The notes below the pieces were generated by a model. The model had not been told where the DNA came from. It worked only from the letters and a program-made list of their open reading frames with translations, and ran no database searches. This document shows, piece by piece, positions 12,701 to 24,700 of a stretch of 64,000 nucleotides of DNA. A program made the position numbers and the translations under genes. The stretch is from Lama glama. Taxonomy: Eukaryota. The stretch is from assembly GCA_028534125.1 (NCBI GenBank), contig CM052816.1:45572001-45636000 (forward strand). The letters run 5' to 3'. The first letter of the stretch is position 1, and each line of letters opens with the position of its first letter.

Positions 12701-15700
12701 AGGCCTCAATGATAATGACCGCCTCTGTTAACGCCCCTAGTTTGGCTCCTCCTGTTGTCTCATTAAGCAGTTGCACAAGAAAAGATTCTTCCAACTCAGG
12801 GTAGATGTCATTAATGATATATATTGGCACGGCTTTACTGGTTTCCCCTTCTAGCAAGACCACATCTGATGAAGCTATACTATAATCTTCACCTACAAAG
12901 ACAAAAAGCAAAATGCTAAGACTTATTTTAACATATGACAATAAACATCCCATATATGAGGGAAATACTATGACATACTACATTTCATGGACATACTTCA
13001 AAAGACTTTTTTGAAGATACTGACTAGAGTTATTCTAAACAATATTTTATCTCTCTTGCAAGAAAAAATAGGTTTGATACGACAAAAATAATGAAAAAGA
13101 CATCCTGAGTATTCAAGTTCATGCCTTCATTTCTTTTTTTTTAATATTTTTAATTTGTTTTAATTAATTTATTTTTATTGTAGTCAGTTACAAGGTGTCA
13201 ATTTCTGGTGTACAGCACAATGTCCCAGTCATGCATAGATACACATACATTTTCATATTTTCATTAAAGATTATCACAAGATACTGAACATAGTTCCCTG
13301 TGCTATACAGAAGAAATTTGAGGGGGTTTAAAGTCTGTTTTTATATATAGTCATGCCTTCATTTTTAGAAAGATGTTTACATAATCTGTTCTATCTGCTA
13401 CATACACATGTAAATGATACAAATATAGACACAGACACATAGACAAAGATACAGATATGCACAAAGTGTCATTCATTACCACAAAATGGCCCATTATCTA
13501 CAGAATTCTAAAAAAATGTATGCAATACTTTAAAAACAAAGAACAGAACTAGAATTCTGATCTCATTAAGGAGATAAATCACACTGTTGCACAGAGATGG
13601 GCCTGTTAGCATCATCAATCCTATTAACTGGAAACTACGGACTTTTCAACAAAGTTGGATTAAAAGCTGCTACTACACCACTCAGGGTGGTCTTGCCTCT
13701 GGCCAAACAGTGAAATGAAATGGAAAGAGGCATCTTAAGGAGCTTGGGGGCTAATTTCCTAAAACACAGTTCAATCCTCACCATCTATCAGTGTGTAAAG
13801 CCCCCTATAGATAGGTATTCCTCTGGGCTTCCAACCCCAAATGCATTTGCATGTGCGTGCACACACACACACACACACACACAACTTAGAGACTAGGTGA
13901 GTCTGGTTTATTGTGTTTTCAAGCAAGTATCATATGCAGATGATTTATTTCAAAAAACCAAGTATATTACCCCATCCATTCACACTTATGTCCTTTGAGT
14001 ACATACTAGAAAGATTCTAACTGAACAGCTCCTAGGCAAATCTCCCTCTACATACTGTAACTGCACCACCAAAGAAGGCAGTCTCCTAATGTTTGCATTA
14101 GGCAATGAAATCCTTCTGTTTAAAGGTAAAATAGTTAATGCTAATCATTACCTCTACCACATCCTTCATAAATAATCCAGATAAATGGGCTGAGAGACAC
14201 GACTGTTGCCAAGCACTGAAATCATGGCTGCACATTTTATCCTGCATTCCCTGGTATAGTTTACACATGAATTCCTTCCAAAAAAACTTGAAAGTACACA
14301 CAGAGAAAGCCTAACAATGCTTTAAATTTCACTGGTTTGTGCATATCCGGGTCATCATAGCTTTTAATTTGCCAACAGCTTTCACAAATTCTACAAAAAC
14401 AATGTCAAATATACAAAACAAAACTCTAGATTTGTGCCTTTAAAAAGATGCAAGAGTATTATTGTTTTCTGGTTGACTTCTCTAACTACATCTTTGAGTG
14501 GCTTTGTTAATCAAGGATATAATTTCCCTCTTAAACACTCCACTGCTCCTTAGCTGTCCTTTCTCACCAGCTATCGCAGTTACTGGCACGGCTTTAAACT
14601 TCACAGAAACATCTGCAAATGTTCCTCCTGTTCTAGTCACATTGATAATGGGTCCAACATGATTTTCTGCCACTCGAACCACTGGTACGGAGAGCTGAAG
14701 AATTCCAAACGCATCATCATTGGCAGTGATAATTAGATGAGCAATAGTTTCGACCTTGGGCCCAAGGCGTGGAGAATCTGGAACTGAAAGACAGAAGAAA
14801 AGCTAATACATCAAAATTCTAAGAACTGGCCAAAAGTCATCAAGAAGCCTCAGCAAGATCCAGAAGCCAAATGGGATCATCATTTTGTGCTTTCTCTCTA
14901 CTATTTACATTAAAAAATAGCCATCCATTTCTAAGAGCCAGCACTAATCTAGACACTAGGGGTACAGAAATAGATTAAAGAGAAAGTCTCAACTCTCTGG
15001 TAGCTTCTACGGAGATTTTTATCACAGAATCCTTAGCAAAAGATTATTTGTTTGTTTGTTTGTTTGTTTAAAACAAGTATTTATTACCCTACAAAGATAT
15101 TAAATTTTAATAAGCACTGAAAATTTGTCAAAAGGTAAAAAATGATTAGAGTAGAATTCGTCATCACTGCATAATATTACAATAGGTAATGATGAAACCT
15201 ACAAAATTATGCTCTTCTAATTAGTTACCAGCATGCTATAAATTTTTAAAACAGCATTTCAGTTTCAAAGGTGAGTAGGAAAGTAATTTAGTTCCTCAAA
15301 GGCCAGCTGCAAATCACCACACTCTAATTCGATCACTGCCTCTCCCTGCTTCAAGGCCCTCCCTCAATAACCTGCTCTCCCTGCCCGACTTGGGTTAAAA
15401 GTCACTCAGCTACCTTGTCCAGAAAGCAGAATGGGCTTCAGTGCGACCTCAACACTGCCAAAATAGAATGCGCTCCCTTAAGCTTGTGAGGGCATGCATT
15501 GAAGCCTGTGCAAGGAAAGTGGAGTCGGTCAAACTCCGCCGTCGAACGTCCAGAGCCCAGTGACGCAGCAATATTATACCGCATGCGCAGGCCCCATGTA
15601 TTGGTACGGAATCACTTGTGCTGCGCAAGCGCGGTGGATGGTCCACGTGGCTCACGTAGCTGGCTAGGCGCCGGCTTTGGCGGGCGGGACTTTCCACCTG

Positions 15701-18700
15701 CGCTGCCGCCACTGCAGCCTGTGTACTCTCCGCAATAAAGACACGTCAGAGGCACCTACGGCTCCGCCAGTGTTCCTCGCCCGCCAAGTCTGTGAACCAG
15801 CCAGGACTCGAGTACCTGCAACACAGCCTACTTTTAAGACTCCCTTCTTACTTTCCACTGATCTTAGAGAAAGCAGAACTTATTTTGAAGTCATTTCACA
15901 AGACCTTTCACAAACTCTCCCTGACTTATTCTCAAGACTCATTTCCAACCAGCACCCTTGTCAAAACAATATAAAAAGTAAACTTTCAACACAAATGAAG
16001 CATCAACAAACTCTTATTACAAGTACACAATTCTGAGTTCATATTTAGAACATCTCTAACAATGTTGGTATGTGGAAGTATGTGATAATGAATAAAATTT
16101 AACATTTTTCAGACAATTTAATCTAAATACAAGCAATGACACCATTTACTTTCAGTGATAGAGGCCCCGACTGTGCTAAATTATATCACAGTTAAAACCA
16201 TAAACTATAAATCAATATAACATAATTAAATTCAACTAAATTAGAAAAAAGGAGCAGCAACACAGAGCAAGCAGATGACATTTTGTGAGTGTGCACCATC
16301 TGACAGGCATTATTCTCAGTACTTTCTTGCATCAAGTCATTTGCTTCCCACAGCATCTCTATGTGGTAGGTAACACTGTCCACATTTCACAGATTAGGAA
16401 TCAGAGGCACAAAGGTGTTGATGAGGTCAGCTAAGGCATTATACTAGGACCTGGTGGACACAACTGAGATGCGTTCTGTAAGGGTTTGTCTAATCCTTGC
16501 TCCCAATATGCAATTCCTCATCAAACCAGGGATAAAGCCATCTATCCACGACTGCTCCTCCTGCCCCATGCCTGCTCATCACCAGTCTTCTCACACTGCT
16601 CTCCTGAAAGCTGGTGATGACAGAATACAGAGACCCTATCAGCCCTACACTGATTTGCCTTTTAAAGTGTGAAATGGTATCACCCAAATTTGCACGTAAT
16701 TTTTCTTTTTTTTTATTTTTAACATTGATTATTTTCTTTCTAATGCTTTTAATTGTTTTTTAATTATGTCACGTCATAGCTTATGCCTATTCTGAACTCC
16801 ACCAAGCATGCTGCCTGGTTCAAGAAACGTATCAAGCATAAAATACACATGGACTGTTTCTCCCATCCCACAGCGCATTGATATTCTGCATATACCACTT
16901 TATTAATAATACTTGTTCACATTTATTGAATGCTTACCACATGTAGGACACTGTTCATTTTCACACATAATTATCGTATTTAAGCCCCATTAATTCTGTA
17001 TTATAGATAAGGAAACTGGGGCTTTAAAAGTTTATGTGCAACAGCTTATGACTATACCTGTGAACATAAGTTATCTGACACCAGCACCCACAGCCCTCAG
17101 ACACTGCTCTATGTGATCCTCACTTTCAGTTTTATTTCTAGCTCACTCAGTAAACTGTGAGTTCCCTGAAAACTAGGCTATATTTTATGATTTTTTACTT
17201 AATAGGACTAATTACTGGGTTTTATTTCAATCTATTTATTATTATAACTGATCCTAAATCTTGCTAACAAAAAAATGGATGGGTTATTGTGTAAGAATTT
17301 TAATCTGGACTATAACCTGAAAATTTAATGTTAGCAATTGTCTTAAAAAGTAAATTTCCTTCTATAACCATGGACTACAATTACATTGAGGCAAGAACGT
17401 TACTCACTATACAATATATTCATCCAGCAGTTACAGTAAGGTGAAGAAATTTACTTGTAAGAAACCTTAATCTATATGGCAGAACACAGAACACATACAG
17501 ATCTTAAAATCTAACTCTTTGGACTATTTAATTCCAATTTCTTTAAGAAGGTTTTATTACATGTTCAATATATAAAACTCATTTAATATATTTTATTTAT
17601 AAATATTATCCTAAAACTGATATTAAATTGATATTAAATTAATATCACCAATCTTTTTTCCTTTTCTTGTCTCATTCCAGTAAATCTAAATTTTTCTCTT
17701 TATTTAAAAACTCCTTTCTAAAGTTCTATGTCTTCTTAGAGAGATGTGACTAATGAACAAACTATGGAGCAATCACTGCTTTCATTTTCACGAGCTCAGG
17801 CCCTGCTCTCTCCTATTAGCCCCCGAGTCTCTACAATGCTACTGGGCCACAACCCCAGTGGAAGTGGCTGCTACTTTCCCCATCCCTCATCCTTATCCCC
17901 AACCAGTGCCTTCTTCTCAGCTGTCACAGTGACCAACAAAATTTCCAGGACTTCTTACTACTGCATGGCCCTGGCCCCCTTCCTTTATCAGCTGCCAGAT
18001 CTAGTGCTCCTCACCCATAGAAAGAGACTGTTGGTTAAGGAATCTTCCAGAGTGGATTAGCACAAGAGAGACTCAGGATCTTGCTACCAGGACTGTCCTT
18101 GGAATCACCAGGTTGATTCCAGAATGTTTTGGAAGCTACGATATATAGTATATAGTACTAGAGGTCAGTGACACTGGATTACATAGACACTTCTAAAAAT
18201 TTAGTCTGGGAATGCAACAGACTTTTCAACATGATTTCATGTCTTCAACTGCCCCACTGCCATTTGCCTTATACATACACTTTAATAAGAGGATGCTTTC
18301 CAAGTTAGAGCTTACTATTTTTATGTAATTTTCTACCATACCAAATTCTTAATTTATTGTTTCAGGATTCTTACCCCTAATAATAATAGCAACACTAATG
18401 GTTACTTACTTGGGCGATTCTGTACTTTCTCTATTAAAGCAGAGTTGAGTAGTTCAATAAACAAAGACTCCGACCTTTCTGGTTCATCGTCATCCAAAAT
18501 TGAAATAGTTATTGTTGCCTCACTCTGATTGGCTCTGAAAAGAGCAAATCCAGAAGCTGGTATATAGTCTTTGCCTTGAGTTGCTCTGGCTAAATTAGGT
18601 GGAAAATAAGGCAGTTTTTCCATATCATCCAGTGTTGCATACGTGACCATGACTTTTCCCAGGAGGCCTTTTAACCTTACTATTAACAACGTGATGTTCT

Positions 18701-21700
18701 GTGCGGCTTCCTCCACTTTAATAGGTCTATTTTTCTCAGAAAAGATGAAGACCCCACACGGATCATCACTAGCCAAAACTGTTAATGTGGCATTAATACG
18801 AAGTCCCAAAGTGCCACTGGAGACACTGAGGATGGACACAGAGAATGCCTTATCCAGCTCTGGGTCTTCATCAGGCAGTATTTCCACTGTGATGTTGGCG
18901 CTCTTCTGCCCCATCTCAAATGTGACGTTGCCAGAGGTGACGGCCAGATCACCATCAGGATCAGAGTCTATGCTCCAAAGCAAAGTCACCCGAGACAGGG
19001 CTCCATGACTTCTCATGATCTTTAAAATATTTAATATTAAAATATGTTAAAGGAAGAGGTTTGCACATATAGAATGATAACAGGATATTAAATTTTTATT
19101 GTTTTATATAAGCTGTTGTCGAGAATCCAACATTCTTAAAGACAATGTACTACCCATCTTTGAAGACCCTTAAAAAGTGATTACTTAAAAAGTGATTACT
19201 ACATGGACTATTTTTAGCTTCTAACTAAACTACAGCTGTATCATTTCTGCAACTATGACATACATTAGTAACAAAACAAATATAATTAACAACATACTAT
19301 ATTTAAGCACATTCATGAATATGTCTACATTTACTGCAAAGAGGGTATATACTTTATTGCAAGGAATAGACGAATGATAGTTTTCTGAAAAGTTAGCCAT
19401 AAAACTCACTTTTAAAACAAATTATATTTAATAGTATGTAAAATATAATATGAAAAACAAATTCACCAAAAAATGTAACCTCACCCAAGATTATATAAAA
19501 TATATTTAAGAAGGAAAAATGCTTTCAACAACAGTATATTAAAGGATGAAAAGCCTAAAAAAAAAAAATCACTTCAAGTTAAGTCCACACTCAAAGTAAT
19601 TTTTATTTATACTTAAAATGTGAGTGTTGGCTAAAAATAAAATTCAAGATAGGAATTTTACAAAACTTGATGCTTTCCCTTAATCCTTCTTTTTTCTTTC
19701 TTGAGTAATTAGTTATCCTTTCTAAAGGTGTTGAATTTACTCCACAACAGTTTACAGAAGATCTGCCATAGGAGTACAGAAAGGATATATTTTGAGTTAT
19801 TTGTCTTCATCATTTGTAGAAAATCTGAGGAAGCTGAGCAAACTTCTAGCTCCTCTGAATTATTTAACAATCGACTCCTACTTAACTTCCACTGGAATAA
19901 AGCAGAGTAGACACACACACACACACACCACAAAGGGGTGTCATTATTGCTGTTAACAAATTTTGGAGATTTTCTTTCCCTCTGAGAGAGATGTAAGACA
20001 GGATTGCACCTCTCTTCCCAGTTATATCAGCATGGTCATGTGACTTGATTTGACCAAAGAAGGTAGATGGAAATGCTATGAATCACTTCCACAAAGAAGC
20101 TGAAGAGCCAATGTGCAGTTCCCACATCCACGTCTCCCTGCTCCATGAAGCCAGAAGCACCAGTTGAGATGTAGTCTCTGCAATCTTCAGCCCTGAGTAA
20201 TGGATGACTGCCACCTTAAGGTGGACGTATACCATGAGTGAAAAATCAATCTCTGTTGCAGTAAGCCAATGAGATTTTGGAGATGTTTCTTCCCATCACC
20301 TATCTGAATTACTATATAAATCTATGCAGTACATCTCCACTGTATTCCTAAGAGTCAGGAACCCTCAAAATCATAAAATGAGTTTGTATGCAAAACAAAA
20401 CAAAGACAAATGTCAAATCACTGTTCAATTATCAATGAACTGTCTGTGCCACTGGACTCATTCCCCTCCACTTACACAGAAAAAATCTACCCCAACACAA
20501 CACAATAATACAATGTTCAAAGAACAGAAAGTGTCTAGGACTGGAGGAAAAAAAAATGTACTCACATTTAATACAACAGTGCTGTACCCATCTTCTGGTT
20601 CAGTTCCATTGACGAAGAGTGACTCAGGACTAAATTCAAATACACCGTGAGCGTGGTCAGAGGCCGCAATGGTGACAATAATTTGGGAAGCCACTCCTAA
20701 ACTGGCTGCATGAGTAAGTTCCAACAGATAGCAAATAAATGTTAATCAGTAATTTACAAACCAAAGGAAAAAGCAAGGAACAACTTATTGAAAAGAGTTG
20801 TACCATTCACTGGGTAAGGTTCTAATTTGTTTTAGAAAGAAAGGCGGACACAAATGGCTGTCACACGTATTCATGCTTTTATGACCTTTCTCTGTTTTTG
20901 GCACCAACGTGATACACAAGTGCTGCATAAGCAGTGGACATGAATAAGGAAAACTTGTTTTTCTTTTTCTTCTCTATGAAAGAGAACATTCTCCCACATA
21001 GAGTCTATGAGGAAAGTCTCCCACGACCTTTACTGACCTCAGAAGAACATGAGCCAAAATGACTCTTACCTTTAGGAAACAGTAGTTTCCCTATGATTTC
21101 CGTTAACCTGACTGTACAGACTCTTGGTTTCCAAGCATGCATTAATTCTAGGCCTATTTTTCATCATATTATATTATAGATCTACATCTCCCGGTCTCAA
21201 AGAGTCCAAGTCCTCTAACTAAAAAGATGCCAAGACTTAAAGAAGTATTTTATTTTTTCCTAAGAAGTATGTTCAACTTTTCCATTGTATTAATGGATGC
21301 AGACAAGAAAATAAACAATCCCAAAAGTAGGAGAGTAATTAAATATCGAAGTTAAAAGAGGCACTGATGGAAGTCAGGAATGAGAGGGGTAGGAACATGA
21401 GTTCTGAAACTAGAGTATCAAACCTGACATTGAGAAAGAGGAATTCTCTTAGGGAATCTTTTTAGAGAATCTTTTTGAGAGTCTGAAAGAGTTCTCCCTA
21501 AAGAGAATAAGTATTCTATGTATTCCCCCTTAATATGAAAAAATACTTGCGATAAAAAGCTGAATCAGGTTTGTATACAAATCTAATTCAAAAGGGATCC
21601 TTTTTTTTTACTATTTCCTCCCATTAATTGGCAACTTATTCTCCCCATTTATTTTCTAATTTCCCTTCCCATTTGTTTTGATTAAAAGCTACATATAAAG

Positions 21701-24700
21701 ACCCATTTGTGTTTTTTGGGTTTTGGGGGGTTTTTTAACTTTTTTTTATTGAGTTAAAGTCATTGTACAATGATGTGTCAAGTTCCAGTGTAGAGCACAA
21801 TTTTTCAGTTATACATGAAAATGCATATTTTTATTGTCACATTTTTTTCGCTGTGAGCTACCACAAGATCTTGTATATATTTCCCTGTGCTATACAGTAT
21901 AATCTCGTTTATCTATTCTACATACGCCTGTCAGTATCTACAAATTTTGAAATCCCAGTCTGTCCCTTCCCACCCGACCCATTTGTTTTTGTAAAGAAAA
22001 TCAGTATGATACATTATATACCAACATATAAATGTTCTATTTATCTCCTTCTCAGGTATTCAAAACTATGTAAAATGTTTTTCAATAATCACTTTTGTAA
22101 ATGATACCAAGCAAAATTTCTGTTACAATTGGGATCAGGAAACTGCATTAGATTCATACAAAGAAGAGTCTGGGCTTTGGAGGCAGGCAAGGACTTCATT
22201 CTGACTTGATCACTTTCTAGCTGGGTGACGATAACATGGAACAAATAATACTTCATAAAGTTGTTGTACTGGTTAATGAGATAAAATATATCACGGACCT
22301 TCACATAGTAGGTATCAATAAATGGTTAGTATCATTGTCTCTAAAAAGAAAAGTTAAAATGCAAAATAGTAAAGGACCTTGGAACAGCTGCTTACCATGT
22401 TTGTGAATAGTTGGAAGGAAGAATTCCATGTCCCCATCACCACTACCACTGCCATCAGCCCTAAAGAGATCAGTCCCTTCACAAGGAAAAATAGACAGAG
22501 ACACAACCCACACAACACACATTGACACAAAGAGAAAATTGAGAGCTCTTAAAACATATCCAGCAAAGAGCAAATACAGTAATATTCACCGAATGACATG
22601 CATTGTTCCATAAAAACCAGATTAAGTGGTGATAGTACAGTATTAGTCAAGTTACCAATTTAGGAAACTTTCATTCAGAGCTTCAGGAAATACTCCAGGT
22701 AGGCTGTAACTGGCATTTCCGATTTCTGCCAATTTATCTGGTTTTATTTTTAGATTTTCACTTATAACAATGTAAATTTTATTAACACTTTTAGTATTTT
22801 TGTGCATATAACAGCTTATACTCAGGCCTATACACATGTGACAGTCACCTTAACACTGACAACAACCAATGAAAACTTTGTTTCCCTCCAGCCACACATT
22901 TAAATCCCCACAATGTTTACCATTCTCAGATCTCATCACCCTTTTGCCACTGACATTTTGGAAAGAACCCTAGACAAGTAGTCTGAAAACCCTGCTTCAG
23001 CCCTGGCTGCAAGAGATACCAGCTATAAAACCTTCAGCACATCACTAAACCTCTTGGTGCCTCACTCTTCTCACCTATAAAAGGCGCTTGCTGCCTTGTA
23101 CAGAACTTCTCTAAAGATCAAATAAATAATAATGTAGAAAATTAAGTACCCTGGCAATACATAAAGACTATAATAAAGAGAAAGTGGTTTTAACTTCACT
23201 TCCAATACATCTCATATGCCAACCATTATTTCACCAAGCGTTTGCAAACAAAGAAGATAGGGAGGGCAGCAAAGGCCACAGTGGAAAAGAAGAGCTACGA
23301 GAAGAGAGACCACATCCACACCTTCTACGGGATCTCTGATTGACATGCTTGTTTAAGATCTGCCCTGCTCTCCCCTCAAAAGGACTGTGATACACCAGAC
23401 TTGAGAATTTGTGGCACCCAAAACCTGAAATTATCTTAGCGACTTACAAGAGGGAAAATGGATTTCAGGGACTGTCCAGTGCATGGCTTTGCTTCCATAT
23501 TAACCGCAAGTTATGAGAAAGAGAGGTGAGGTCTAACACCAAAGTGCTCTGGTTAGCATAAAACATCTACTCAGACTGCTGTCATATGTAAAATCAGTTT
23601 TATAGACACAACAGTGTGGAATAAGGGTTTCTCCCCTGACCCGCAAAAGAATTTAGCTCTACAAGCCATTTCACGTCTTAGGCAGGCCCAGCTATGACTC
23701 GAGGAGCAGAGGCCAGCGTCTGGATTCCTTTACCTCCAGTCCCCACTCAAGGTGGGCAGGATCAGATTCTCTGCCAGTATTGCCCACTTAAGAAACTGCA
23801 AAATTGGTTTTCAAATGAGCAGTCATGCCCAATTAACAATGCGTATTCTAGAGATATGGGAAGAAGTTTCTTCACAAAATCACAAGTATCACCATGATCA
23901 CAAATATCACTCTGGGACAATATTTGATGTTCCTTATTAATCAATAGTAGATACTGATCACTAACATGTTATTTATTACACAGGTATTTTTAGCTATAAG
24001 TGATACAAAGAACAACTTTTCATATATTTTATAGTGACCTTTGATTCATGAAATCTTGTCATGAAAATAATGATTTGGAGATGTGAGGACTTGTCTCCGG
24101 AAGACAAGCAAGGCTGGTTTTTTGACATGCCACCTGCCAGACAGGTTGTCCAGCATGTTTCTACTGTTTTATGCAGTCACCATACTGAGGTGCTATATAA
24201 TCACTTCTCTGGCTTGGCCTCCTTTTCCTTCTCCTGGGCTGTGGGAACACAGGGAAGGGAAATGTGGAGAAATTTTGCCGTGCTTACTCCAAAGTCTCAC
24301 TACATACCAGAAGACAGTGTTTCTGTCCTATCCAATTTCTCCCTCTGGATGGCTTATACAGTATTATGATTTTCTTCACCAAAACATGAAAATAATAATA
24401 AGATAACAATATCAGGTTTTGTAATGGAAGAGACTGCCCTAATGAATACCACACCAATGCTCAATTTCTTGTATTTATAAAGGCAGCATGGCACACATCT
24501 CATGTAGCACCTGATAATCAAACACAGTAATACTTCAGCAAAAATATATATATAATAGTTAACCTAAGAGTGATAAATAAATATTATAAATAACTATTCT
24601 TCAATGCAGGTGAGTTTTGCCACAAAACGGATTTTTGACTCCAAAAATCTTTGATAATCGAAGCTTTCTGAATATCAGAATTGAGGATAAGGTATTGTTA

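Noticed and set aside
15449..16036. Cluster of overlapping ORFs on both strands
   Set aside because: Explained by stop-codon scarcity in the GC-rich LTR-like patch; no gag/pol/env or other homology recognised.
18643..19008. Plus-strand ORFs overlapping exons (also 44575..44814, 62945..63187, 32154..32387)
   Set aside because: Antisense shadows of ADGRV1 coding exons.
19045..19056. U12-type branch point (TTCCTTTAAC) before exon ~28
   Set aside because: The matching donor is GTGAGT (U2); no donor in the window has the RTATCCTT U12 consensus.
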